Counted from the first letter of the whole stretch, positions 22,884 through 36,449 are shown. The stretch: DNA of 63,632 nucleotides, filler included, from Reticulomyxa filosa (GCA_000512085.1; 26 parts of 26 records of this genome joined end to end with filler, not necessarily neighbours in it), one strand, 5' to 3'. The notes: generated by a model from the letters alone, not told the origin. Numbers and translations are program-made.

Positions 22884-24440
22884 GTGTCAGAGGAAGGGCT
22901 TCATCGTGAAGCATTGGAAGCATATGGGAATCACGACTGGAATAAAGCCTGCCTGCGATTTTTGGAACTGTGCTATCTCAGTCCAAAGAACATGCACTAT
23001 CCACACAATATTGCAATGGTCTTGCAGTATGGATTTCAAAACTACAATGGCGCGGAGAAGTATTTCAAGCAGGCGATGCGTTTGTCCATCAACTTTCTCC
23101 CCAGTCTGGTGCGCCATTACTGCAGTTTGCTGTCAGTAATGAAGCGGTACGACAGCTGTCAGCAAATGTACACCTATTTGTTTCGGCAAATTGACCAACA
23201 TAATCATGCACAAACGAACGGAGAGAACAATAGCGACGAAGATGACAATGACAATGACAATGACAATGACAATGGCAATAAGAGTAAACAAAGTCATGAA
23301 TACAATGGCCCTCCGAAATACATTGAAAAAGTGCACGATGATCACTTGAACTATGCGGAAGCGCTGATGGAATGCGAAATGGAGTTGGAAGAGAGTGAGC
23401 TTCATTTCAAAAAAGCGCTGGAAATAAAGCCAAAGAACTTTAAGACTTTGGTAAAGTATGGGAAGTTGCTAAGTCGAATTGGCAAGTTCGACGAAGCACA
23501 GCAAATGTTCGAAACAGCAATGGAGTTAAACGCACAAGATTTGGAGTTGCAATACGAGTATGCTAACGTGTTGTGGAATCGACAAGAGTACGAAAAGGCT
23601 TTGTTGCAATTGCAACGTGCATTGCCAAAAAGACAGCACAATGGAGTAATGAGTGCAATCGAATCACAATCACAAACACAAGTACAAGGATGGAGGGAAT
23701 GGCAAGAAAAATTAGCATTGTTATGTGGGATAATACTGGAAGAGAAACAAGAGTATGACGAAGCCGAATATTGGGTTACGAAAGCCATTGAAATGGGCCA
23801 ACCGAATGTAAAGTCCTTTGCAGATAGAACGTATCATGATGACAACGAAAACAAAATTCTCTCCGTCCAATACTTGACGGAACTGATGCTGATCAAAATC
23901 AAAAAAAAAGAGTTTGAACACGCACTCCAAATGTATCAATTGGCCAAGTCTATGCTGTGCACCTATTGCCATGGTCGGTCAAACAGTCATTGGACTTTGC
24001 ATTGCAATTGCAATCCCAATGACGACGACGAGGACCGAGCATATTCGAGCGATTGGTATTTGACTTGTGTGTATGCCCTGTTTTGTAGCGAGACCAATCG
24101 CGTGGAAAAAGCCACTTCGCTTTTTCGACGATTGGTTTCCAGCGAAGACAACAAGTCGTCTCCTTGCTATTTGATTCATTTTTACTTTGCCATGCATTTG
24201 CATTACATCTGCAAAAAATTCTTGCAAGCAAAGCACCACTATCTCATTGCTATCAAAATCGAAAGCAACTGGGCCATTACATACTTGCATTTCGCCATGT
24301 GTCTTTTCCAACTGCAGGAATATGAAACCGCAAAATGTTTCGCTCTGCGTGCTGAACAGTTGAATTCGACGTTACCTATTATCGTCACGACCGCTAAGCC
24401 ATTTGTTGACATTTGTGGCCTTATGCTTGCGCAGGTTTAA
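22884..24440 (+). CDS. TPR-repeat protein (may continue after a donor at CAG|GT, 24435)
   Basis: 518-aa ORF with repeated A..YF..A...P and Y...L...G.FDEA helical-pair signatures. Confidence 0.85.
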   Translation: MSEEGLHREALEAYGNHDWNKACLRFLELCYLSPKNMHYPHNIAMVLQYGFQNYNGAEKYFKQAMRLSINFLPSLVRHYCSLLSVMKRYDSCQQMYTYLFRQIDQHNHAQTNGENNSDEDDNDNDNDNDNGNKSKQSHEYNGPPKYIEKVHDDHLNYAEALMECEMELEESELHFKKALEIKPKNFKTLVKYGKLLSRIGKFDEAQQMFETAMELNAQDLELQYEYANVLWNRQEYEKALLQLQRALPKRQHNGVMSAIESQSQTQVQGWREWQEKLALLCGIILEEKQEYDEAEYWVTKAIEMGQPNVKSFADRTYHDDNENKILSVQYLTELMLIKIKKKEFEHALQMYQLAKSMLCTYCHGRSNSHWTLHCNCNPNDDDEDRAYSSDWYLTCVYALFCSETNRVEKATSLFRRLVSSEDNKSSPCYLIHFYFAMHLHYICKKFLQAKHHYLIAIKIESNWAITYLHFAMCLFQLQEYETAKCFALRAEQLNSTLPIIVTTAKPFVDICGLMLAQV

Positions 24441-24611
24441 AATATATAATATATATATATATATAATATATATATATATTATATATTTTAAAGTTTTTGA
24501 AAGCAATGATANNNNNNNNNNNNNNNNNNNNNNNNNNNNNNNNNNNNNNNNNNNNTTAATTAATTAANNNNNNNNNNNNNNNNNNNNNNNNNNNNNNNNN
24601 NNNNNNNNNNN

Positions 24612-25376
24612 GGAAGAAGCCTGAGCAGACCCTTTTTCAAACAACAATCATCACCGATTAAGCCGGAGTTAAGTGGCAAAATTTCTGTCATTCGCACACA
24701 AAGTACCGATTTTGAAGTCAAGCTGTGGGACGTGTTGGCCGATTGGAATGGCTTTCAACTCTTCATGCATCATCTCAGCTTCGAATTCTCAATGGTTTTT
24801 TTTTTTTACACTCAAAAAAAAAAAAAAAAGGGGAGAGGGCTTGAGTAAGTGCAAGAAACAAAAAAAAAGGTTTGTTTTGAACATGCTGACGATGAACCAA
24901 AAGGGGGGGTGTAAAAAAAAAAAAACTCATAGAGTAATTTATTAGGCATTGTGGAGTTAACGCAATTTCAACAGTTTTATCACTTTGATCGAGTGAATTT
25001 GGACACCCGAAACTCAAACACAGACATTCGCAATTCAAATGTGGACGAATTCATATCGCTGCCAATGGAAAAAATCCCACGTTCATCGATAGTCTTTAAC
25101 AAGGACTTGACCATCTTCCAAAAGTGTGCATGCTTGTGTGAAAAGTATGTGCTGCCAGGAAGTGTCCACGAACTCAACTTGTCGTACAAGACCAGACAGC
25201 GCTTGGTAGAAGACCATAAACAACTCTTTTCTTCTAAATCCATTGCTGAATGCGCTTGTATTTTCGATATCGTTGTTCAAGAAACGACGTCCTTAATTTT
25301 TGACAGCTTTTGGAGATTTAGACAAAGCAATACTTTTCAAGAATGGTCCGATAAAACTTTTTCCAATAAAAATTAA
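24612..25376 (+). CDS. RGS-domain protein, 3' part
   Basis: Intron 24795-24932 joins GFQLFMHHLSFEFSM to SNLLGIVELTQF. This is followed by KYVLPGSVHELNLSY and LIFDSFWRFRQS. Confidence 0.85.
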
Positions 25377-26047
25377 CCTTTTGCTTTCGTTGGTGGCAAA
25401 ATGCATCAACGAAATACATTTTCTTTTTTTTTTCTGTTCATTTGTGTAAGGATTTCTTTTTTTTAAAAATACAACTTTTGATGGCGAGTGAAAAAAAAAA
25501 AAATAAAAAAAAAATAAAAAATGTAGTCGCGAATGTGCAGTCATCATTTTCGCAAATTTAATTATTTCAATTTACTTGGTATATTTTGTTTGTTTAGTCT
25601 TTATTAATTGTTTTTGTCATTTTTTTTTGTTTTTTGCTTATGGCACCATTGTCACTTTTTCAAGTTCTGTCAGCTTTCTTGGGCCTTGTTGGTGCCTCGC
25701 TTTTTTGTCCAGTTCTTTGCTTTTTCTGTCACAAATTGTGAGATTGTGCACTGAAATTTTTTGTTTGTTCGTATTAGAAAAATATTGGAGTCGAAGTTGT
25801 TATGATATGGACATATTTTTTTGTTTCTTCTGCGAATAGAATGTTAGATATTTTTAGAAAATGTAATAAAAAAAAGAAATAATAGAGTTGATGAAAAAGT
25901 TTGAGGGGAAAAAAACTCAGCAATTGCAAGTTGTTATCTCACGTCCTTATATTCACAAAAAAAAAGGTGAAAATTGAGTAGGAAAAGATTTAAACTCCTT
26001 TTCTCGCTTTTACAAACAATTAAGCGTTAAGCTTAAAAACTGGAAAT

Positions 26048-27878
26048 ATGGAGACATCTGCTGTAACTTTGAGCGAAATTCTATTAAGTAACGCGGAGGG
26101 ATTGTCCTCTGGAGTGTTAGTTGCAGACTGGATAAGCGGGATCAAAGTTTTACAAAACAAAATCCAAGGAATGGACTGGAAAAGAATAAATAGGAATGTG
26201 GGAAGTCCCATTGAAAAGCATTTGAACTGGATACTTCTCAATAACACAGTCTTCAGTGTATTTGATTTGTCTTTGACTGCAGGAGAGCTCAATGAAATTG
26301 TTAACAGCAAACCATGTCCTCGTCTTTTGGAAATTCTGAAAACATTACAATGCCGAGTCAGTTTTTATTTTCGTTTTTTTATTCTTATTCCATCAAGTTT
26401 TCAATCTTTTTTTTTATGTCCAATGGACATTGCCAAATGAAATAACAGATAATTGACACTGCTCTTAACACATCCTCAAAAAATATTGCATTTCCATTGT
26501 CAACCAAAAGTGCACCTTCTCCTAGAGCACTTCCGTTTCTGCGCAAGGTGCAAAGCATATCATTAGTTAATTAATTCAAGTGTATTAAAACATTCACTTT
26601 TATTTTGGATAGAAAATACTCAGCAATTTTTCTTTTAGTTTTTTATGAAAAGAAAAATTACAATGTAAAATTGTGACAACATGAGGTAATAACTCGCTAG
26701 GTGATGCCCAACAGTGCTCCCAGCCGCTTTGGGGAAAAGAAAAAAGACACACCTGATTTGCGCGGCTTTGAAACAAAGGCCAACACCTTTGCACAAAAAC
26801 CGTTTCAAAAACTATCAGTTTCAATCTCACCAACAGTATCGCAAGACCGAGTTTTTCGTTTAGAAAAAAATTCGAAAGAATCACCATTAGCTGCTGACTC
26901 ATCATTTGACAGAGATTTCACATCTGTCGTAGAATTCAACGAAATGCGTAGCATCCCAGAACATAAAGTTACTATGCTTCATTTTATAAAGAGATTATCA
27001 ATTATTTTTTTTTGAAAGGGAAGAGCAAAGAACTTCAGATTTTAACAAATTACAGACTGTTTCTCAATCAAGAGATTACAATGCAGAAATATTTAGTGAT
27101 AAACATGGAATAGTCATTGAAGATACCTACACGGAGGAATTTGATGAGTTCAAAGAAAACTTGACTTCAAAAATGGAAAACGCAATGAATGTGTTCATTA
27201 CCGATAATCAAAAATATGTCGAGAACTCGCTGAGAACATATCGAATGGAAAAAGAAAACGAAATAAAAAAGCAAAACCTCTCTGGAGATGCTTTGCAACA
27301 ACAAAAGAAAAAAATAGAAACTGATATAGAGTCAATTCAATCAAACATAGAAAAAAAATTTGAAGAAAAAAAAAAGAATGTAAAAAACAGTTGGAAAAAA
27401 TTTACCAACTGAGATTGAAAGGTAAGTCGTAGCATAAATATTATCACCACACAGCAAAACAAGAAATCGCAAAAAAAAAAAACACCATGTTGTGGGAATT
27501 TTAGAGTTCCTTGCAGAAAAACAGAGCCAATTGAAGAAAGATAGTAAAGACAATAAATCGACAGAAGAAAAAGTTTTATTTCCAAAGATTGAAACGCTTC
27601 AAACACAATTCGACCGAAACATACAACTACCTTTATCGGCCCAAATATCAGATGACGATACGCCTTCAGAGGGTCATCTCAGCAGTCATTCAAGTGTAAC
27701 AACACCCGAAGCACACCAAGAAGCCGAAACGCCAAAAGCGTTTGAAGACCCAAAAAGTGAAAAAATCTCACAAACAGACGTCAAATCTAGCCCTCCAAAA
27801 TTGATTCACAAACAGGAGTGTCAAGAGAGCAAGAAAATAGGTGAGACAAGCAATTGCACAACAAATGAAACGACACAG
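26048..27878 (+). CDS. Multi-exon hypothetical coiled-coil protein, 3' partial
   Basis: Series of coding-like ORFs (26048, 26701, 27161, 27492) separated by GT-AG AT-rich intervals. No family recognised. Confidence 0.5.
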
Positions 27879-28002
27879 GTAAAATGTATTTTTTTTTTTT
27901 TTNNNNNNNNNNNNNNNNNNNNNNNNNNNNNNNNNNNNNNNNNNNNTTAATTAATTAANNNNNNNNNNNNNNNNNNNNNNNNNNNNNNNNNNNNNNNNNN
28001 NN

Positions 28003-29990
28003 GCTTCACTTGTGATTTTAAGTCACTTCTCAAGCGATTGCATACCGAATTAAAAAATACAATGAACTTTTGACTGACCGAATCTTCACTCGCATTTAAA
28101 ACAATTTTCCACAGATAATCCATTCCAATCAAATCGTCATAATTCGTTACATAAAAAGATTTCTCATTGTCCACTATTTGTATATATATTTTATTTTTTT
28201 TTTTTTGTGATTAACAAGCAAAAAGAATTTTTCAAATGAGTCATAAGCAGGCAGTGTCATCGATTCTGGCGTCATATCTTTCAAAAACTTATTGATGAAT
28301 AAATGCTCTGGAATATCATCTTCTAAGGATTTTTGTTGCAAACCTGTCATTAATTTTCGGAACCATTTAAACGCTTCTTCAATTTCTTCTAGTGTCAATG
28401 TGTTCTTTTTTAAAACGAATTTTTAATTGATTCAAAAACAAAATCTAAGAAATCCAATCGCTCTTTGATTTCATCCAAATATACAAATCTGGCTCCAGTG
28501 ATATATTTCATTTGATTAATAACAATGTGATAGTCTTCTTTGCATTCACAAGCACTACAAATCTTTTTGGCTTTTGCCTTTTCTTTAAAATATTTAATGT
28601 CTGCAAAAAAATTTCAATGATAGTCCAACGCTCAGTTTCGTCAATCAACGAAGACTTAGATAGATATGTTTCTACTATTTTTTTCAAAATCTATATCGAC
28701 GATAATACTCTTTTGAATATTAAGCGTTCAATACTTCTTTCAACATATTCTTGGCTTCATTCACAAGTTTGTCATCCACCACATTATCATCTTGGACAAC
28801 ATTCCACAATAAATTAGTCACTCATTCTGCTGGAGCCGTTGTTGTAGTTTGCTTGTAGTTGTGTTGTGACAGATCTTTCATAAGCTTTAAATGATGATCG
28901 ATGAATTTGTTCAATGACATATTCTCAAATTTTTTTAATAAAAACTCAAAGTTTTTTGTTGTTAAATTGTGTGATATATCTTCCAAGATTTTGCACAAGG
29001 TCTGGAGTTCATTCTCAACATCGTCTGATTTTTTTGCTGCTATCTGCTATTCTCACAAATGTTTAATCACACACAAAATTAAGGACATTGTGTTTGTATT
29101 TTAATTTTAACTTCCAAAGCGCCCCAAATGATAGACAAATAGTCAAGTGTTAAAGTACTATCGACACAAATAAATTTTAATATATCTGTTGCTTATTTCA
29201 TCAATTGTGGATGCGATTTTGGTCCAAACAATGTTTCCAGCAGTTTATTTTCTTCAATCATATCAACGAACTTGAAGAAGATTGGGGTATTTGTGCATGT
29301 ACACACAACCAAGCGATGTGTTGTACTCAATTGACACGTCTTTCAATAGTTTGTGAGGTCAGTCGACGCAATGTCATTGCCAATTGAAAGGTTTCTGTAA
29401 TTTGGTCAACCTCTTCTTCAGTCTTTTCTCTTCGCAGTAGCTCTTCCATTGATTGGACAATCGTGTCAAAATTTCTTTTTTTAAATCACGCAACTCAACA
29501 TCGATCATTGATTCCAATGTTTTCCACACACACGGTCATGCAAAAGCAATATAAATGTCTGATAGGTGCAACGGGTTAAGGCTTTCACTGACTTTGCAAT
29601 GGCTGTCAAAATGAGGCGAATCGTTTTGACAGGCATGTTGTGTTTGTTGTTATCCAGATGTTCCAACAGCATCTCAAAACCTCCATCATGACCAAATTCA
29701 TTCAATGCAGCCACCACATGAAATAACACTTGCCCTAAGTCACCCTATCAAAAAAACAATAACAAAATGTAATTTATGATTGGATTGTTATCTTTATGTC
29801 TGACAATACATAAAAAATACGTAGGTTTCAAATTTGTACAGCACACATGCACAATCAAACTCTATAAATCGCAAAAACGCCTTCATCGGTTGGATCGTCT
29901 TCATCGTCCACTTTGGGATCCACTTCTCTGGATTGATCGGAAACACTACCGCTTGTACGATCACCTTTTGCTTGTGCTAAAGGCTTTTGG
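28003..29990 (-). pseudogene. USP9/USP24/USP34-like deubiquitinase, N-terminal helical region, disrupted
   Basis: LNEFGHDGGFEMLL, YLDEIKERLDFL, EEAFKWFRKLM, FEKFFLLVN and DLIGMDYLWKIVL are collinear with USP9X-type motifs. Many stops and frameshifts. Confidence 0.75.
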
Positions 29991-30225
29991 AGACTCGAGT
30001 TATCTCTATTATTGCAATGCTTGTGTTTTATGTAATGTCTCAAAAAAANNNNNNNNNNNNNNNNNNNNNNNNNNNNNNNNNNNNNNNNNNNNTTAATTAA
30101 TTAANNNNNNNNNNNNNNNNNNNNNNNNNNNNNNNNNNNNNNNNNNNNCACATTACTTTAAAAAAAAAAAAAAAAAAAAAATATGAAGACATACATACGT
30201 AAATATATTACGTAGAAACATTTAT

Positions 30226-31362
30226 TCAAAACTGATGGACTGGCAGTTGAATAGGCATGATCAAGCCGGATTTGACAAGCGAGGCGGGTTCGCGTTTGAT
30301 GCGACGTTCATTGGCGCTGTTGAAAATGGCGACATGACTGTGACTTGGGACGAAAGGAGAGTCAAACTTGGAACGAGTATCGACGTGGTGATTGGGAGCA
30401 TCGACCAATGGCTGCAACGACTTGCTTCTGTTATTATTTGTTTGTTGTCCATGAGTAACAGTAGTGGTATCAGTAGTAGTAGTAGTAGTAGTAGTAGCTG
30501 CTGTTGTTGCTGTTGTTGTTGTTGTTGTTGTTGTAGTGTTGTGCTGTTGAGGCGATCGATGAAATAACAAAGGACTTCGTTGGTTAACAATGTCAACGGA
30601 TCTCGGATATGGATGCACGCGCTTTTTTGGCAAGCATTGTGCATCGCGGACAATGGCCATACTTGCATTGCTGCCGCGGTCATTCGGGGGACACGACGAC
30701 GACGACGACGACGACGTGACCATCTCAAAGGGCACAATGACACTGCCTTTAGATGGACTGCAATGGAAATACGATATCCCACCAAACTTGCCATTCTTAC
30801 ACGGATAATAGTGATGGTCATGGACATCTCTCGTATCTTTGCTGTCACTCGCTGTACCACTAAGCTCCACTCCCACGTACGGACAAGAACGGTATCGTGG
30901 GTCCATCTCCATCTCACACAAATGAAAATATCCGATGAATTTTATACTCCCACACTTGTCCAGCGATCGTAGATACACCACGTCGTGAATACTTAAACGC
31001 TGTCCATATAACACGCTTGGGGACACTACGCTTTCGATTTGGTTCATTTTTGCAAACACCCCGTGGTTCATACGCGTCACAAAATATTTATGCTTTTCAT
31101 ACGTTCCATTGTGCTTCCCACGCTCTTCTTCCAAACTTATCCCGTACCAATCACCTTCTTTTCCTGCCAATGGCCCTATATATGCCACTTCGCCTAACCA
31201 GTTCTTGTTCAATCGAATTCTGTCTCCATAACAGATCTTCTTTGAGACACACAAAACAGACTTTCCTGTGCTCACTCCAACAAGCGATTTTTCTTTCACT
31301 GATATATTTTTGTCAGATTGAGTTGTCATCATCTCCACGCCCAAGCGTGCGAGTTTCTCCAA
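30226..31362 (-). CDS. CAP-Gly domain protein (two domains, the second divergent), internal exon
   Basis: GDRI...GEVAYIGPLAGKEGDWYGISLEEERGKHNGT...YF...HGVF, and a second copy GSIKFIG...YVGVEL...GISYFHC. Confidence 0.85.
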   Translation of the reverse strand: MEKLARLGVEMMTTQSDKNISVKEKSLVGVSTGKSVLCVSKKICYGDRIRLNKNWLGEVAYIGPLAGKEGDWYGISLEEERGKHNGTYEKHKYFVTRMNHGVFAKMNQIESVVSPSVLYGQRLSIHDVVYLRSLDKCGSIKFIGYFHLCEMEMDPRYRSCPYVGVELSGTASDSKDTRDVHDHHYYPCKNGKFGGISYFHCSPSKGSVIVPFEMVTSSSSSSSCPPNDRGSNASMAIVRDAQCLPKKRVHPYPRSVDIVNQRSPLLFHRSPQQHNTTTTTTTTTATTAATTTTTTTTDTTTVTHGQQTNNNRSKSLQPLVDAPNHHVDTRSKFDSPFVPSHSHVAIFNSANERRIKREPASLVKSGLIMPIQLPVHQF

Positions 31363-31734
31363 AAAAGGGGGAGAAAACTTTTTTGTAAAACGACTGTTTT
31401 TACTTGCTTCTTTGAATTCTTATTGTCTCCAAGACATCCTTCCCCAAAAAAATTTCGACATATGTGATGTAATCCAAAAGTTTTAATAGACATTGCGGAA
31501 GATGCCAATGACGATAAATGGATCATCAGTGTTCAAATTAAAATCACTTGATAAAAAGCAAGAAAAAAAAGGCTCACGATTGAATTTTGGCACCAGGAAT
31601 ATAACCTTTTGGCACCCAAGATCCAAATCGTTTGTTTGCTTGAGATTCTCTTTGAGTGGGAGGGACATCAGTCTTGCTCTTCATAAGAGATTGAGCATGT
31701 TCCAAAAAAAAAGAATTCTTTGAAAAATAAAATA

Positions 31735-33110
31735 TTATGCAGAAAGTGTTTTGTTTTTCTTGGTGGAATCGCTGTTTTTATTGGAAAAAAGAGAGCCCTT
31801 TTTTTGTGAGACAGCAGCGGGCCTATTAATTTGTGTTTTTTTAATATGGTGCATCAACAACCGATGCCCCAAGACATCGTCCAAAGCAATCCATTGCTTT
31901 AACAGTTGAAAATTGAATACAGGAGTATCAAAAGAAATTTTGAATTGATCAGAGTGGCTTTTCAGCTTCCTATCCAATACCAATCGGTCCATTAAATCTG
32001 TCCATTCACATGGACCTTTGATTGTTATTTTTTGCTGTCGAAAAGCTGCATACCACCAATTATGTTCATTTGCTATACAACAATCGCAAAAATTGGATAA
32101 TATTTTTATATGTAACAATATTACAAGAAGAAAGCACAAACTTTATTTATTATTTTTTTAAAAAGATGGGGCGTGCATGTGCATGTGCATGTGCATGTGA
32201 ACTAAAAACAAAACTCATGTTCATGTTTCTCATAACCGATTCAATATATCTCTGCTGATCTGAAAACAGCTTCTTTGTTTCAGGACTGATATTGTCCCGA
32301 ATTGAAAATATTGCTTTCGCATCATTTGCGGAACGTAAGCGCTCCAACTTGCTTTTGTCCAATGGCTTGATTTTTGTTTTGTCCTCTGTTTTTTCCTGCA
32401 ATTTCGAGTCCAGTTCTAATTCCAACTCTGACTTTGCCTCGTCTTGAGAGTCATTCGTTGTGAGATTACTTTCATCACTTTTGTTTTCGTCTTCATTATC
32501 ATTGTCATTGTCATCATCTTCATCATCGTCTTCATGTTCATCACCATGCTCAGCAACGGGGTCATACTCCACTGTGTTGTCACTGTCATCCGTTACATCA
32601 TATGTCTTCTTTTCCATTGCCTCATTCAATGGAGCCTCTGTTTGGAGAATCATTATCGCTTTTTCTAGATTTTTTTTTGATGAACACACGCCCAACAGAC
32701 GAATGCCACTCCATATCTGCTTTATTGTTGACGGTCCTCGCCTCTAATTTCCCCCCCCCCCAACAACAACAACAAACTTTCTGGAAGTTTCTTGTCTCAA
32801 TCTGATCTTTTTTTTGTTAACCAGTAGGTGATTGGCAATACAATAACGCAGAGAAATTATATTCTTGTAAGGTGTTGGGACTGCTAGCATTTTTATTCGT
32901 TGATCGTTCTGCAGCGCTTTTTCAACCCAAACTTGTGTGTGTTTTGTTGGATTGTTATTGCGATGTTTCCGTTAGCGAAAGCTTTGTGCCCTTAACCAAT
33001 GTATGCTCAAATTCAAAACTTTTATGATACCGCTGAAATGGTTTTGGCTTCACATCTAGATTACGTTTTGAATGTTGGAAAAGTTTAACATTTGGATATT
33101 TGCACGCCAT
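31735..33110 (-). CDS. Exons of a hypothetical gene with an acidic tract (possibly the 5' part of the CAP-Gly gene)
   Basis: Coding-like ORFs 32955..33203, 32150..32695 and 31735..32139 lie on the same strand. Splicing not fully resolved. Confidence 0.45.
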
Positions 33111-33392
33111 TACGTTGCTTGAACGTCTTTCTTGTTTTTTTTCAATTTTTCGACAAACAGCCGAAAAAGTAAATAACTTGACCAATGCTTTATTATTAAA
33201 CACAAGCCTGTCTTACTGCAATAAAAAATTTGTGCAAGTATCATTGAAATTTCAATTTAAAAATTACTATAGTCGAGTTGCATATGGTATATTATATTTT
33301 CCTTCTTTTTCTGGTTGTAGGGGACAACTTGGTTGACCTGTGTCTTTTGTGCACGCAAACTCTTGTATTTTTTTTTGGTTGGTTAACTTGCA

Positions 33393-35179
33393 ATGCCTTC
33401 ACTTCCAGTGAATCCGTCAATATTTCTGGCAAAGATTCATAACAAATTTCCTTCCAAATGCACTTGCAACTTTCATTCTTATTTAGGAGACAGCCAAAAA
33501 CATTTGACACTGTCATCGTCTTGTTATAAGTTTTGGTGTACATTTGCACTTTTGTTTGGTTTGTCGTGGCTGGTGGTTGGTCCATGGATATTGTCGCTTG
33601 ATTTGATATCAATTCACTTTGGTGCATTTTATAAGACGGACCACCTACGGTATTTGCAATATGCATTCACGAATGGAATCTATGGACTAAATACGTACAT
33701 GATGTTGAAATATGTGATTCCGGACGTGCACATTTTTGATCCAAAACAAAGGCGGCAGCTGAAAGTGGTGACGTTTGTATCGACTTGCATGAACTTTGGA
33801 GCCACATGTGTATTATGGCATTATCATAATAGAGTCGGGCACATTAAATTTTTATGTACTTATTTGTATTGTGGTGACATGTCCGTCCATTTGTATTTCC
33901 TTAATGTGTTTGCGTTGATATTGCCAAGTGCGACTACGTTACTGTTGTACAAACTACTTCAGTGTTGTGATGCCAAAAGAGATGAAGATCACAGAAACAG
34001 TCAAGTGAATAGCGATGAAAAATGCGCACCCCTAGGAATGCACAGTTCGATGCATTTTTCCCTTTCCGATGATTATGATGATGATGGTAGCATCGATGGT
34101 GATGATGATAACGGCAGAAACAACTGCTCGATTGTCAATGTGAATCCATTGCAACCACAGCTGCAGATGCAATCAAAAATAGAGTCGATATGGTCGTATT
34201 TCATGGACAAGTTCTTCTTTAGTTTTATGTGGGTGTTCATATATGGAGTCAGTGTGTTCTTTGCGTACTCGTTTGCCGAAATTCGCGTATCTTTCACGCA
34301 GCGCTACTTTGAAATGATTTACGTTCTGTTGTTGGCCTCCACATTTGCGCTAAAAGGGATACTTAAAAAGGTTGCTCGACAATTGGATATAGTTCGATTG
34401 GAACAGTGCTGCAGCCAACTCGGCTGCAAAGTGTCTATGGAAATTGTCAGCGAATTTTTTATGTCTTATTTGTATTGCGATATTTATCGCTATTTGTTCG
34501 TTTGTAAAAAAATTAGTTTGAGTCAGTTTCTTCGCTCGAAAGCCTTACACATTGCTTCGGAGTTGTTTGAAACGGGGTTTGTGTGTGTTTTTTATGTATA
34601 CGTGGAAAAGTATGTATACGTATACGTATACATACATGCAATATATATGTACATATATGAGAACAAGAGTAACCGTCTTTTTTTTTTTTTTACAAAAACA
34701 GAGTTCGTTCAAGCAATTGGTACTTTGCAACAACCTCAAAATTACAGTCAGAAAAATGGTTTTCTGGTTTGTTAATTCGTTATGGAATCGTGCAAGATGC
34801 GCAATCCACTTACCACGAATGGAAAATACGCTATTGCATTGACATCGTGTTGCATTTTCTGGCATCTTGTTTGGACGGCATTTCTTGGATGATCATATTG
34901 AAAATTCATCACTCATACTTTGAAACCGATATGGGCATTGATGTGAAATCTTCGATGATGTATGTCGTGTACAGTGTGTTAACGGATACCTCCATTCTAG
35001 TCGCTTTGTATATTTTGTTCTGGAAGGTACATATCGTCGACATGCTCTATCCACTTTGCACTATTTTTATGGGCTCCAAAAATAACCATTGCCATTGGGA
35101 ATTTTTTTGGATTCTGATCTTGCTGTTTGCTACCTACTCCCAGAGTTGGTTTTTTCCTGACGATTTCACACCCAACTGA
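33393..35179 (+). CDS. Multi-pass membrane protein of unknown family (about 553 aa, one intron)
   Basis: Intron 34577-34701 (GT...AG, phase 2) joins ORF 33393 in frame with ORF 34769. Many hydrophobic segments flank a central acidic loop. Confidence 0.7.
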
Positions 35180-35700
35180 GTTTAAGTTTGCTGAAAGAGA
35201 TTGTTTTTAATTTTCATGCTCTCTGTTTTTTTATCTTAAGATTACAACCGTGTTTTTTTTTTTAAGTAAGACTTTCATATCATTCACCTTTTGCTAATTA
35301 TCTTTTTTTTTTTCTTGTATGTATATTCTTTTGATTTGGTTCAATTCGAATGTTAAATAAAATTTTTTTTTTCTTTTTGTCAATTACATGCGTAAACAAA
35401 TCGAGAAAAATTTGCTGCCAAAAATTTTAATTAAAAGCTTACACTTTGTTATGTCGGTTTTTTTATACGACATAAAAAATATGCAAGTTCGCTCTTTTTA
35501 AGCGGCTATCAATGGCAAGTTATCTCGCGTTTTTTGTATTTGTATGGTACTCGAACGATTTGCTTTTGTATTGCCAATCATCCAAAGCGCTTTTCTTCTA
35601 AATGTGCTTCTTTGCGGCAGGATACAAAGATTATTCCTCGTAAATTTTTTTTTGAAATTTTTTGATATTTCCAATTAATCCATTTTCATGCAGTTTTGTA

Positions 35701-36449
35701 ATGTCCAATCTAGCAATAACACAGTACGCATATAATCGAACTGTATTAAAACATAAATTTCGAAGCCAAACTGTCGATGTCAAACGTAACCCGCCACCAC
35801 CACCGCCAAGACGTTCTCAACTAGAGAAGCCAAATGTTGGAGCTAACAGCGTGACCAGCAACAAAAAACCTCTTCCTCCACCGCAGCGAAAGTAAGAATA
35901 ATTGATGATTGGTTGTGTGTTCGTTGAGAAAGAAGCGCACAAACAAAGTGAAATCAAACAAATTTAAAAAAAGAAAAAAAAAAAGATTAAAATTATTTTG
36001 TTTGTTTGTTTAGATTTGAACGTAATAAAAGTACGGAAACGTTACTGATCGAAGAATTGAAGGTCGAACAAGACCGCAAGAGGTCAAAGTCGTTCTCCTC
36101 TCCACCGGAACCTTCGAGTCTTTTGGCGGACATTCATAAGGCCAATGCGTGCGAGTCAACAACAACACTAAAGACAATGCTTACTAAGCCAGATGCCGTT
36201 TGTGTGAAATTTCAAACGCAAGTCCCAAACAAAGCCAATATAGTGCAACTCGATGGCAACAGAACAGCAATTCTAATCAAACAATTCGACAACAAAGATA
36301 AACGCACTCAGCCCAAACTTAATATTGCTGGCTTGTATCCAGACCCAACTCCACCCCCTCCTGAAACGCACTCCCAATATCCACCACCACCGCCTGGAGA
36401 ACCTGCAAACAACTTTGAAAGGCCGACTGTTCCAAAAGTTTTTTGTTGA
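35701..36449 (+). CDS. Proline-rich protein with a possible WH2-like actin-binding helix
   Basis: ATG at 35701; intron 35892-36013 is in phase; poly-Pro motifs; SSLLADIHKA resembles a WH2 helix. Confidence 0.5.

Noticed and set aside
30235-30972. Poly-Cys, poly-Arg, poly-Phe and poly-Leu ORFs here and elsewhere
   Set aside because: They are antisense or off-frame readings of trinucleotide repeats.
32150-32695. MGVCSS N-myristoylation signal
   Set aside because: The ORF track start is TTG and the frame continues upstream (IWSGIRLLGVCSS), so this is not an N-terminus.
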